Positions 9,296-19,309 of a DNA stretch of 64,000 nt are shown piece by piece. The position numbers were made by a program, and so were the translations under genes. Below the pieces are notes generated by a model. It had not been told where the DNA came from and did not search any database. It was given only the letters and a program-made list of their open reading frames with translations. The stretch is from an uncultured Gammaproteobacteria bacterium (GTDB lineage Bacteria > Patescibacteriota > Microgenomatia > UBA12405): positions 20,251 to 84,250 of the forward strand of contig CAZIZX010000004.1 of NCBI GenBank assembly GCA_964544275.1, in the 5' to 3' direction. Within the stretch, counting starts at the first letter, position 1. The number at the start of each line of letters is the position of its first letter.

Positions 9296-10455
9296 CCCGA
9301 CTGATAGATCAACTCAATAACAGTCACTTTATCTTCTACTTCCTGGTAGTCGATAATTTTTTGGATATCAGCTTGCCGGAACTAAAAAACTTTCACTTAA
9401 TCTACGCTTCCAAAAATCAAAATCTAAAAAGTCTCAAAAAAAACAACTTACCCTATTTTTGCCTCGAAGAACAAGGTATAAAACTCGATACCAAAAATTC
9501 CGGCAAACTTTTATCCCACAAACTGGTCGCTGAATATATAAAAAAGACCAGCCATGCTTCCAAGCTAACCCCAGCTATCATTCCTTTCAAACCATCCGCC
9601 AAAATCGATCATCTTTGTCGACTACACAAATGGACCCTGGTCAGTAATCCCTCAAAAGTCAACCGCCAGTTAGAAGACAAAATTAAATTTCCCCAAATTT
9701 GTCAACAGTTCAACATACCCGTCCTCCCTTTTTCCATTGGCAAACTTACTCAAAAAAATTTTCAGAAACATCAGCAATTATTCGGTCCGGACCTGGTCGT
9801 CCAAACCCATTTTGGCTGGGCCGGGAATAGCACTCACTACGCCAATACCTTCAGCAAAATTTCGAAATTAATTCCAACCGATACGCTGGTCAAATTTTCT
9901 CCCCTCATGGAGGGTTACACCCTAATAAACAATTGCTGCCAGACACATCTCGGTCTAATTCAAAGCCCTCCCGGTTTTCAGTTAACCGGAATCAAATCCT
10001 TGACCCAAAACCCTTTTGCCACCGTTGGTCGGCAATGGCCCTCTACCGCCCCACCAAATATCCAAAAGCAAGTCAGAAAAATAACCAACCAATTTTCTAC
10101 TCTTTTATCAAAATATAAATACCGCGGCTTTTTTGGACTGGACTTCTTTGTCTCCAAAGACCAAGTCTACCTCCTGGAGTGCAATCCTAGGTTAACCGCC
10201 TCTTTTTCCTTCTATACCCAATTAGAAAAAAACGCCAAAATTACACCTTTATTCTATTACCATCTAGCTGAGTTTATTAGCCAAAATTATAAATTTAATT
10301 ATACTTTACAAAAATACCGTTTTAATAATACCTCTATCGTTGGGACCGAACTGACACCCAAAAACAAAAATAACGTTACTATCCAAAAAATTCATATACC
10401 ATCAACTGTTCATTCGGTTCAGAATATTCCGAATCTCTCCATTAATCTCCCTTGA
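9292..10455 (+). CDS. ATP-grasp domain ligase
   Basis: LEDK, VVQ..FGWAGNST, GFFGLDFFV and LLECNPR motifs. It overlaps the PLP gene by 4 nt. Confidence 0.8.
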   Translation: MTRLIDQLNNSHFIFYFLVVDNFLDISLPELKNFHLIYASKNQNLKSLKKNNLPYFCLEEQGIKLDTKNSGKLLSHKLVAEYIKKTSHASKLTPAIIPFKPSAKIDHLCRLHKWTLVSNPSKVNRQLEDKIKFPQICQQFNIPVLPFSIGKLTQKNFQKHQQLFGPDLVVQTHFGWAGNSTHYANTFSKISKLIPTDTLVKFSPLMEGYTLINNCCQTHLGLIQSPPGFQLTGIKSLTQNPFATVGRQWPSTAPPNIQKQVRKITNQFSTLLSKYKYRGFFGLDFFVSKDQVYLLECNPRLTASFSFYTQLEKNAKITPLFYYHLAEFISQNYKFNYTLQKYRFNNTSIVGTELTPKNKNNVTIQKIHIPSTVHSVQNIPNLSINLP

Positions 10456-11630
10456 AAATGAACAAGTCTCAAAATAGATATATTCTTCCCCTGGTTACTT
10501 TTTCCTTGGTTTTAATTGGCTTAATTTTTATATCAGTTTCGTCTCTCTCCGAAGCCTCTTCCACTACCGGCAATAAATTTTTCTTTATCGAAAAGCAACT
10601 AATTTGGCTGGGATTAGGCCTAATCTGCTTTTATTTTTTCTCCAAAATCAAAATATCCACCATCCAAAAAATGTCTTTCCCTCTATACATTGTCTCGATA
10701 ATAACCTTGGTTCTGGTTCTCATTCCTACTCTGGGAAATCAGGCATTAGGTGCCAGACGTTGGCTGGATTTAGGCATTATCGGCATTCAGCCCTCCGAAA
10801 TTGTTAAATTCACCTCCATAATCTACTTCTCCTTCCTTTTCTCAAAAGAAAACAAAAGAAACATGAAAAACCTGATTATCTACTTGGCTATTCCTTTCAT
10901 TCTAATTCTTCTTCAGCCCAATTTAAGCACAGCCATCCTGATTTCTACCATCGTCATTTCCGTCTATTATCTGGCCGGCGGCGAAATTATGTCCCTCTTT
11001 CTTCTCTGCATTTCCACCGCTTTTTTGAGCCTATTATTAATATTCACCTCCTCCTACCGGCTTGCCCGATTTAGAACTTTAATCAACCCCCAGGAAAACA
11101 CCACTTCCGCCTCCTATCACAGCAATCAAATAATTTTAGCCCTCGCCTCAGGAGGCTTTTTTGGTAAAGGTGTTGCCAACTCAGATCAAAAATACCGCTA
11201 TATTCCCAAAGTTTCTACCGACTCGATTCTGGCGGTTATCGGAGAAGAGACCGGCTTTATCGGCACCGGTTTAATCGTTCTAATTTACCTCTACCTGATC
11301 ACCTACCTTTTTAAATTAGCCCAAAAAATCACCGACCCGTTCCAGTCTCTCTTCGTCAGTAGTACCGCCTGCTGGATCGGTTATCAATGTTTAATTAACA
11401 TTTCAGCTATCGTCGCCATCATCCCTCTAACCGGCGTTCCTCTTCCTTTCATCTCCTATGGCGGATCTTCTCTCATCACTCTACTTTCAGCCATCGGTCT
11501 GGTTAGAAATATCGAAAAAAACAATGCCAAGCTGATATACTCAATTAGTGAACCAGAAAGTAAAGACCATCCTGATAACCGGCACCCACATTACCCCGGC
11601 CGTCGAGCTCATCAACCAACTCAAAAATGA
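10452..11630 (+). CDS. ftsW: FtsW SEDS protein
   Basis: GARRW, IQPSE, GEETG and PLTGVPLPFISYGGSS motifs; upstream of murG. Confidence 0.9.
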   Translation: MKMNKSQNRYILPLVTFSLVLIGLIFISVSSLSEASSTTGNKFFFIEKQLIWLGLGLICFYFFSKIKISTIQKMSFPLYIVSIITLVLVLIPTLGNQALGARRWLDLGIIGIQPSEIVKFTSIIYFSFLFSKENKRNMKNLIIYLAIPFILILLQPNLSTAILISTIVISVYYLAGGEIMSLFLLCISTAFLSLLLIFTSSYRLARFRTLINPQENTTSASYHSNQIILALASGGFFGKGVANSDQKYRYIPKVSTDSILAVIGEETGFIGTGLIVLIYLYLITYLFKLAQKITDPFQSLFVSSTACWIGYQCLINISAIVAIIPLTGVPLPFISYGGSSLITLLSAIGLVRNIEKNNAKLIYSISEPESKDHPDNRHPHYPGRRAHQPTQK

Positions 11631-12636
11631 TCCTCTTGTCAAATGGAATATCGTTTATATTGGACGCAAACACAACTCCAGCACCTCAGACATTCCTTCG
11701 ATAGAATCAAAACTAATACCATCTCTTGGTGTCAAATTCTTTGGTATCAACTGTGGCAAACTTGACCGAAGATGGTTTCCCAACACCATCAAAGGCATCC
11801 CTCAGACATGTCGCGCCTTAACTGCCTCGCTTGAAATTCTCAAAAAAACCCAGCCTGATATCGTAATTTCCTTCGGAGGATATGTTTCAGTTCCTGTAAT
11901 CATCGCCTCCGAAATTAGCCACATCCCGTCCATCACCCATGAACAAACCCTCACCAACAGTCTATCCACTCGGATCAATAGCTACTTTACCGACAAGATA
12001 GCCTTGTCGTTTAACAATAAAAAACAGATCGGGTCGTTACCCGGAAACAAGGTCGTCGTCACCGGAAACCTTTTACGTTCTCAGATCTACACTACCAAGT
12101 CGAAACTTTTCTCCAAAATCAAGACCAAACTCCCAATTATTTATGTCACCGCCGGCAACCAGGGCTCTCAAACTATCAACCAGACTATTTCCCACCTCTT
12201 ACCTCAACTCAAAAATTTTTTGATCATCCACCCCGTCGGTCAACAGGACTATTCCCAAATTAAAAAATTATCGTCAAAATATCCCAATTATCTGGTATAT
12301 GAATACATTGGTACCGACGACATCGGTTGGGTACTCAATAAAGCCCAAATAATTATTAGTCGTTCCGGTGCCAACACCAGCCAGGAAATCGTCGCCTTAA
12401 ACAAAAAATCTATCCTTATCCCTCTTCCTTTTAGTCAGCAGGACGAACAACTCAAAAACGCCCAATGGGTCCAAGATAAACTCCCTCACCACACCATTAT
12501 TCTCGATCAATCGCAACTTAATCCGGAAAGTCTATTAACAGCCATCAATAACCTCTTAGAGAAACCGGAGCTCAAAAAGGATAAAATAAACCATGGCAAC
12601 CAAAAATTGGTCCAAGTCATTCACGATCTTATATAA
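11548..12636 (+). CDS. murG: MurG GlcNAc transferase
   Basis: GTHITPA, FGGYVSVP, HEQ, GNLLR, GNQGS and SRSGA motifs. Confidence 0.9.
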   Translation: MNQKVKTILITGTHITPAVELINQLKNDPLVKWNIVYIGRKHNSSTSDIPSIESKLIPSLGVKFFGINCGKLDRRWFPNTIKGIPQTCRALTASLEILKKTQPDIVISFGGYVSVPVIIASEISHIPSITHEQTLTNSLSTRINSYFTDKIALSFNNKKQIGSLPGNKVVVTGNLLRSQIYTTKSKLFSKIKTKLPIIYVTAGNQGSQTINQTISHLLPQLKNFLIIHPVGQQDYSQIKKLSSKYPNYLVYEYIGTDDIGWVLNKAQIIISRSGANTSQEIVALNKKSILIPLPFSQQDEQLKNAQWVQDKLPHHTIILDQSQLNPESLLTAINNLLEKPELKKDKINHGNQKLVQVIHDLI

Positions 12637-13000
12637 AAAAACCTTTCTCGCCCTTCTATTTTCGCTTTTAGCCTATTTGCTTTTTTTTCAGTTACACAAC
12701 GACAATCTCCATATCCAGATAGACCCGTCTTCCAATAAAAATGAATACTTACATCGACTTAATTTAGTCCTGAACACAGCCAACATCAACCCAAGCCAAC
12801 TAATATTGCGTGATTTTCAAAACGAAGTTGAGTTTCTTCTCGTAGACAATAATCATACTTCCAAAGTTATTCTATCTACCCAAAAAGACCCCTATCAACA
12901 AATTGCTTCTTTACAACAAATTTTAAAAATAGCTAAAATTAGTGACAAACATGTTAAGTTTATCGATTTAAGTATAGGCCGCCCATATGCAACACTCTAA
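12593..13000 (+). CDS. Minimal FtsQ-like membrane protein
   Basis: N-terminal TM, C-terminal IDL motif, and position between murG and ftsA. Confidence 0.5.
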   Translation: MATKNWSKSFTILYKKTFLALLFSLLAYLLFFQLHNDNLHIQIDPSSNKNEYLHRLNLVLNTANINPSQLILRDFQNEVEFLLVDNNHTSKVILSTQKDPYQQIASLQQILKIAKISDKHVKFIDLSIGRPYATL

Positions 13001-14237
13001 AATAGTCAGTGGCATCGACATTGGTACCTCAAAAGTTACGACCATAATCGGCCAATACTTTGATACCGAAGACAGGTTCAATGTTATTGCCGTCTCCTCA
13101 ATACCTTCCCTCGGTTTTAGAAAAGGCCAGATTATCAATCTGGAACAAGCCTCCAACACTATAACCCAAAGTATTGAATCAGCCGAAAGAATGGCTGGCT
13201 TTCAAATAAGTAATTCTATCGTCTCTTTCTCTGCCCCCCATATCGAATCTATAAATTCCCACGGCGTCGTCGCTATCAGTAACCCCAACGGCGAAATTGA
13301 ACCCATCGATATTAACCGTGTTATTGAAGCCGCCAAAGCTATTCCTCTTCCTGCAGGCAAAGAAATACTTCATGTCCTTCCTCGAAAATATACTGTTGAT
13401 GGTCAGGAGGGAGTAATCGATCCTGTTGGCATGAACGGCATCCGTCTTGAAATAGAAGCCAATATCATAGTTGCCTCCAGTCCAGCTATCAAAAATCTCA
13501 AAAAATGCCTTGAAGAAATTGGTATTCATATAACCACCTTAATTTATTCCGGTTTACCCACAGCCAAAGCAGCTCTTACCGAAACCGAAAAAGAACTCGG
13601 CGTTGCCCTAGTGGATATCGGTGGTAGCATCACCACTATAACCATCTATTCCGAAGGATCACCCTGCTATACTGCTGTCCTGCCGGTAGGAGCCAACAAT
13701 GTCACCAATGACCTGGCTATCGGACTTCGATTTTCACTTGAAGATGCCGAAAAAATTAAACTCCGTCTCAACAAAGCAGTCGAAAACAAAAAATTTGACG
13801 ATGAAATTGAACTATCACATTTCGGCGTCAGTTCCGAAGACAAAAGGAAAATTTCGCTCTCCACTGCCGTCAACGGTATAATCAAACCCAGGCTTGAGGA
13901 AATGTTCAGCCTGGTTTACACCCAAATTGAAAGTAGCGGTTTTCAAAATATCATCCCTGCCGGTATAGTTTTAACCGGTGGAGGGGCTCAAACAATTAAT
14001 GCCAGAGAAATTTGTTCCAAAACCATACCCCTACCTTTCAGGATCGGCAATCCACCCAAAATTGGTGGAGTTGTTGACGATATTATCAACCCTAGTTTTA
14101 CAAGTTCCATCGGTCTGCTGATGTACGCCCTAGACCAAAACGTCAAAGAAGACCCTTCCTCGGGCAAAAAAGGTAAAGTTTCTCTTAACGGTCTCTTTGG
14201 TCGTATCAAAAGCATGCTCGAACCTCTTCTTCCCTAA
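12987..14237 (+). CDS. ftsA: Cell division protein FtsA
   Basis: GIDIGTSK, VDIGG, AEKIK and VLTGGG motifs. Confidence 0.95.
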   Translation: MQHSKIVSGIDIGTSKVTTIIGQYFDTEDRFNVIAVSSIPSLGFRKGQIINLEQASNTITQSIESAERMAGFQISNSIVSFSAPHIESINSHGVVAISNPNGEIEPIDINRVIEAAKAIPLPAGKEILHVLPRKYTVDGQEGVIDPVGMNGIRLEIEANIIVASSPAIKNLKKCLEEIGIHITTLIYSGLPTAKAALTETEKELGVALVDIGGSITTITIYSEGSPCYTAVLPVGANNVTNDLAIGLRFSLEDAEKIKLRLNKAVENKKFDDEIELSHFGVSSEDKRKISLSTAVNGIIKPRLEEMFSLVYTQIESSGFQNIIPAGIVLTGGGAQTINAREICSKTIPLPFRIGNPPKIGGVVDDIINPSFTSSIGLLMYALDQNVKEDPSSGKKGKVSLNGLFGRIKSMLEPLLP

Positions 14238-14239
14238 AT

Positions 14240-15406
14240 ATGGCACTAATAAAAACACTGGCCGGACAATTCGCCAAAATGAAAGTTATCGGAGTGGGTG
14301 GGGGTGGAAATAATGCCATTAACTCCATGATATCCGAAGAGGGAATAACCGGAGTCGACTTTATCTCCATCAATACCGACTCCCAAGCCCTCCTAAACTC
14401 TCTCGCTCCCATAAAAATACAATTAGGTGAAAAATTAACCAAAGGCTTAGGCGCTGGTGGTAACCCTCAAATAGGGGAGGAGGCCGCCGAAGAATCCCGG
14501 GAAAGAATCAAAGAAATTCTCGAAGGTACTGACATGGTCTTCATTACTGGCGGCATGGGCGGAGGCACCTGCACCGGAGCCGCTCCTATAATCGCCGAAA
14601 TTGCCAAAAAAGAACTAGGGATTCTCACCATTGCCGTTGTCACCAAACCCTTTCTTTTTGAAGGTACCCGTCGCATGACCAATGCCGAAGAAGGTATTTC
14701 CCGTCTTCGTGAAAATGTTGACACTTTGATTGTCATCCCCAACCAAAAAGTCATGGATATAGTCAACGACAAAGCCACTCTCCTCGAAGCTTTCAAGATT
14801 GCCGACTCTGTTTTGAACAAAGGCACCAAAGCCATTGCCGAGCTGATTACCACTCCTGGCCTTATTAATCTCGATTTTGCCGATATCAAATCAATCATGA
14901 GCAACGCCGGATCGGCACTTATGGGAGTAGGGGAGGCCGAAGGCGACAATCGATCCAGGAATGCCGTTATTGCCGCCATTGATTCCCCGCTGGTCGAAGT
15001 CAATATCGAAGGCGCTCGCGGAGTTTTAATTAACATCAGTGGTGGACCTGATTTGACCATGGCCGAAATCGAAGAATCAGCCAAAACTATTACCGAACAC
15101 ACCGCCCCCGATGCCAATATTATTTTCGGTGCCACCATCGACAATAATCTCAAAAACAAAGTCAAAATTACTGTTATCGCCACCGGATTCGACCAACGGC
15201 CCAAACTTTTTCAGCCAACCTCAAAACCCCTTCAATCCCAAACACCCCCTCCCTCCAAACAGCCTGAACTTATTAAAACCGATCACGAAAATAAAACCGC
15301 GACTGACCCCAAAATAAAACAAATTATCAACGAAGATGATCTGCCTCAAGGAGTCGATATTGTTGATGAATTTGATATTCCCGCTTTCCTTCGGAAGAAT
15401 AAATAA
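14240..15406 (+). CDS. ftsZ: Cell division protein FtsZ
   Basis: GVGGGGNNA, GGGTCTG, NLDFAD and C-terminal DIPAFLR motifs. Confidence 0.98.
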   Translation: MALIKTLAGQFAKMKVIGVGGGGNNAINSMISEEGITGVDFISINTDSQALLNSLAPIKIQLGEKLTKGLGAGGNPQIGEEAAEESRERIKEILEGTDMVFITGGMGGGTCTGAAPIIAEIAKKELGILTIAVVTKPFLFEGTRRMTNAEEGISRLRENVDTLIVIPNQKVMDIVNDKATLLEAFKIADSVLNKGTKAIAELITTPGLINLDFADIKSIMSNAGSALMGVGEAEGDNRSRNAVIAAIDSPLVEVNIEGARGVLINISGGPDLTMAEIEESAKTITEHTAPDANIIFGATIDNNLKNKVKITVIATGFDQRPKLFQPTSKPLQSQTPPPSKQPELIKTDHENKTATDPKIKQIINEDDLPQGVDIVDEFDIPAFLRKNK

Positions 15407-15460
15407 TCAGTGCTATAATATTTCAAGCTTTCAGGCCCTATTCAAAAAGACAATTTTCAC

Positions 15461-18271
15461 ATGAAAAATAAAAAGTTTTTCAACGATATTCCAGACAATT
15501 TCAATTTTGCCGAAAATGAGAAATTTCTCCTTGATTGGTGGGATAAAAATGATCTCATCAGAAGTTACCTAAATAAGAATGCGAATTCCGACAAAAATTT
15601 CTCTTTTATCGACGGCCCCATTACAGCCAATGGTCCAATGGGAGTCCACCATGCCCGAGGTAGAACCCTGAAAGACGTTTTTCAAAGATACAAAAACTCC
15701 CAAGGATACAGGCAACGCTTCCAAAACGGCTTCGACTGCCAAGGCCTGTGGGTCGAGGTGGAGGTCGAAAAAGACGCTGGTTTTAACTCCAAAAAAGACA
15801 TCCAAACTTTCGGACTGGATAACTTTACCCAAGCCTGTCTCGCCCGGGTAGAAAAATTCTCCAACCTTCAAACCAATCAATCAAAACGTCTCGGTATGTT
15901 TATGGACTGGGAAAACTCCTATTACACAAATTCAAGAACCAACAATCTCTACATCTGGCATTTTCTCAAAAAAGTCCACTCAAACGGCTGGCTGATCAAG
16001 AAAAAATCTGCCGCCACTTGGTGTCCCCGCTGTGAAACCGGCCTTTCCCAACACGAACAGGCCGACGGGTACCAGGAAATTAGCGATATTTCTGTTTACA
16101 CCAAATTCAAACTAAAAGATTCCGCCAACGAATATGTCCTTGTTTGGACCACCACGCCCTGGACCCTTTCGGCTAATGTTTTATTGGCTATAAATACGAA
16201 TTTTCAATACGTCAAAGTCCATCAAGATGATAACTACCTTTACTTAGCCAAGGAAGCCGCAGACAGGCTGGGCTTGACCGATTATGAAATAATCGATCCG
16301 TCAATATTAATTAATCGTTCTTATGAATCGCTCTTTGATATTCCCGCTCAAGAAGGCATCAGCCACTACATCACCCAATGGGATGCAGTTGACCCCATAG
16401 AAGGCACCGGCGTGGTCCACATCGCTCCCGGCTGTGGTCAGGAAGATTTCGAACTCGGCCAAAAACTTAACGCCGACATCATAGCTCCAATAAACGAAAG
16501 AGGCTATTTTATTGATGGTTTTGGTCAACTGACCGGCCAATACGCTCATGATGTTGCCCCACTCGTGTTTACCTATCTCAAACAATCGGACTCCTTTTTT
16601 AAAACAGAAAAAATTACTCACCGCTATCCTCACTGCTGGAGATGTAAAACTAAATGTCTTTTCCGGCTTGAAGATAGCTGGTTTATAAAATCAGACGAGA
16701 TCCGGCCATTGCTAAAACAAGCTGCTAGCACCGTCAAGTGGCACCCAAAATATTCCGGCCGTCGTATGCAGAATTGGCTCGACACCATGGAAGATTGGAT
16801 GATAAATCGGAAACGGTTTTATGGTTTAGCCTTGCCTTTCTACCAATGTACCCACTGTCACCAACTTACTGTAATCGGAAGTCTCGAGGAGCTGAAGTCC
16901 TTGAGTATCAACCCCCAACTCGTTGACCAACTTCAAAGCCTCCACCGGCCCTGGATTGACAAAATTGAAATCCGCTGTCCCCAATGTCAACAAACAGTCA
17001 GGCGTATTCCTGACGTCGGTGATGTCTGGTTGGATGCTGGCGTCGTCCCGTTCTCCACTTTAAAATATCTCGAGGACAAAGAGTATTGGCAGCAATGGTT
17101 TCCGGCAGAATTGGTCTTAGAAATGATTGAGCAAGTCAGATTGTGGTTCTATTCCATGCTGTTCTTCAGTGTTACTCTCGAGAACACCGCTCCATACCAA
17201 AACGTCGTCGCTCACGGAGAAGTCCGTGATGAACGCGGGGACAGAATGAGCAAAACCAAAAAAAACGGCATCCCTTACGACGAAGCCGTTGAAAAAATGA
17301 CAGCCGACGCCATGCGTTGGTTATACTGTCAACAAAAACATTTCATTTCGGTAAATTTTGGTTACAACATCGCCGACAATGTCAAACGAAGCTTCATTCT
17401 AATCCTCTGGAATACCTATCGGTTTTTTATCCAACATGCCAACGCCATCAACTGGTCACCGTCCTCAGAAACTTTAGATATTACCCAAATCACCAATCCA
17501 CTTGACCGTTGGATTCTTTCCCGGCTCCACACCGTTATCGCCGCCGCCACTAACCATCTGGATAAATTCGACACACCCAAAGCCACTACTAACATTGAAA
17601 AACTGGTTGAAGACCTGTCTACCTGGTATGTCAGGCGCTCCCGTGAGCGTGACGATAATTTGGGAGTTCTCCATGAAGTTTTAACCACAATTTCCAAGCT
17701 AATCGCTCCCTTTATGCCTTTCATGGCTGAGACCATGTATCAAAACCTTGTGGGTACTTCTGATTCAGCCAAAACCACCTCTGTCCACCTGCAAAATTGG
17801 CCAACAGCCCAAAATAATCTGGTGGACGAAAAGCTAAATCTCGAAATGGACCTGGTTCGGGATATCTCCCGCCAAATCCACGGTATTCGCCAGAAAGAAG
17901 CTATTAAAGTCCGCCAACCACTCAGCCAAGCCACAGTAAATATTAACCAATCTTCGATATCACCTTCCCTGATAAACATTCTCAAAGAAGAAACCAATGT
18001 CAAAAACATAATCTGGGAAAAAAGTACTTCACCTACCCCTCAAGTCAGTTTGGACACCAAACTCACTCCCGACTTAATCAGTGAAGGAGAGTACCGGGAT
18101 TTTACCCGCTCAGTTCAAATATTGAGAAAAGAAATGGGACTCAATCTCCAAGATAAAATCAAAATATTTGCCCCTTCCTGGCCAAAAAATTTTGAGGAAA
18201 ATATCAAGTTAAAAACCTTGGCCGTGTCGATCGAAACATCTGACAACCTCAAAATTGAAAAAGTCAGTTAA
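15461..18271 (+). CDS. ileS: Isoleucyl-tRNA synthetase, type 2-like
   Basis: DGPITANG.GVHH, WTTTPWTL, GTGVVHIAP, YPHCWRC and RMSKT motifs; no C-terminal zinc finger. Confidence 0.93.
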   Translation: MKNKKFFNDIPDNFNFAENEKFLLDWWDKNDLIRSYLNKNANSDKNFSFIDGPITANGPMGVHHARGRTLKDVFQRYKNSQGYRQRFQNGFDCQGLWVEVEVEKDAGFNSKKDIQTFGLDNFTQACLARVEKFSNLQTNQSKRLGMFMDWENSYYTNSRTNNLYIWHFLKKVHSNGWLIKKKSAATWCPRCETGLSQHEQADGYQEISDISVYTKFKLKDSANEYVLVWTTTPWTLSANVLLAINTNFQYVKVHQDDNYLYLAKEAADRLGLTDYEIIDPSILINRSYESLFDIPAQEGISHYITQWDAVDPIEGTGVVHIAPGCGQEDFELGQKLNADIIAPINERGYFIDGFGQLTGQYAHDVAPLVFTYLKQSDSFFKTEKITHRYPHCWRCKTKCLFRLEDSWFIKSDEIRPLLKQAASTVKWHPKYSGRRMQNWLDTMEDWMINRKRFYGLALPFYQCTHCHQLTVIGSLEELKSLSINPQLVDQLQSLHRPWIDKIEIRCPQCQQTVRRIPDVGDVWLDAGVVPFSTLKYLEDKEYWQQWFPAELVLEMIEQVRLWFYSMLFFSVTLENTAPYQNVVAHGEVRDERGDRMSKTKKNGIPYDEAVEKMTADAMRWLYCQQKHFISVNFGYNIADNVKRSFILILWNTYRFFIQHANAINWSPSSETLDITQITNPLDRWILSRLHTVIAAATNHLDKFDTPKATTNIEKLVEDLSTWYVRRSRERDDNLGVLHEVLTTISKLIAPFMPFMAETMYQNLVGTSDSAKTTSVHLQNWPTAQNNLVDEKLNLEMDLVRDISRQIHGIRQKEAIKVRQPLSQATVNINQSSISPSLINILKEETNVKNIIWEKSTSPTPQVSLDTKLTPDLISEGEYRDFTRSVQILRKEMGLNLQDKIKIFAPSWPKNFEENIKLKTLAVSIETSDNLKIEKVS

Positions 18272-19266
18272 TGCAAAAAAACTACGGTCTCCCCATAACC
18301 ATCAGTCTATTCCTCCTCTTTTCCATCAATATTCTGATGGTCAGTTCTCTTGCTCCACACATCTTACTCAGGCAATTATTTGCCTGGTTTATCGGTTTTA
18401 TGTTGTTTCTATTCGGTAGGCAGCTAATTCCTAAACAACTGGCACCCCAGAAAAATCTGATCCTAGCCTTCTCCTGTCTGCTTCTTCTGACTCCAATTGT
18501 TATGAACAATATAACCAGAGGTTCCAGGCGATGGATTGATATCGGTCCACTTTCAATTCAGCCCACCGAAGTCGTTAAGCCCTTACTTATGGTTTTCCTA
18601 GCCACTTCCTCAACACCCCTGCTTCACTTGATTCCAGTTTCGATAATCGCTATCCAACCGGACCTGGGAAGTGCCCTGTCCACGCTCTTTTTAATAACTC
18701 CCATAGTTTTGTACAGCAAAAAACTCCTGAAGCTGACTCTCGTAGGGTTGTTTGCCCTAATCGCCCTATCACCCATAATTTGGAGAAACGTACTCCATGA
18801 CTACCAAAAAAACAGAATTATTTATTTCTTAGATCCGACCTCCGATCCACTTGGAAAAGGATACAACATAATTCAATCAAAAATTGCCATTGGTTCGGGT
18901 GGATTATTTGGCAAAGGTTATCGTAAGGGGAGCCAGGGCCAGCTACTTTTCCTTCCCGAAAAGCATACTGACTTTATGCTGGCCGCTACGGGTGAGGAGT
19001 TAGGTTTCTTCGGAATAACCTTAATAATATCATCCTACTTCCTGCTTATTAGTTCACTTTTCAAAAAAGCTTATTCTACCTCAGACCGACCTCTGTTTAT
19101 TTTTACCCTAGGCATTGCTTTCCAGATTTGGATGCAGGCATTTGTTAATATCGGCATGAACATTGGCATCCTTCCGGTAACCGGAACCCCCCTGCCCTTT
19201 CTATCGGTTGGAGGATCTTCAATTATGTCGCTGTTATTCTCTCTGGGAATCGTCTTTTCTTCCTGA
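18271..19266 (+). CDS. rodA: RodA SEDS protein
   Basis: GSRRW, QPDLG, GYNIIQSKIAIGSGG, LPEKHTDF and PVTGTPLPF motifs. Confidence 0.9.
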   Translation: MQKNYGLPITISLFLLFSINILMVSSLAPHILLRQLFAWFIGFMLFLFGRQLIPKQLAPQKNLILAFSCLLLLTPIVMNNITRGSRRWIDIGPLSIQPTEVVKPLLMVFLATSSTPLLHLIPVSIIAIQPDLGSALSTLFLITPIVLYSKKLLKLTLVGLFALIALSPIIWRNVLHDYQKNRIIYFLDPTSDPLGKGYNIIQSKIAIGSGGLFGKGYRKGSQGQLLFLPEKHTDFMLAATGEELGFFGITLIISSYFLLISSLFKKAYSTSDRPLFIFTLGIAFQIWMQAFVNIGMNIGILPVTGTPLPFLSVGGSSIMSLLFSLGIVFSS

Positions 19267-19309
19267 ATTCTCATTAACTTACATATCTCTTGTGATATAA
19301 TCAAACATT

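Noticed and set aside
14467-15204. 245-aa minus-strand ORF
   Set aside because: It is antisense to ftsZ and has no recognisable motif. The same applies to the many short ORFs opposite ileS, dnaE and ppsA.
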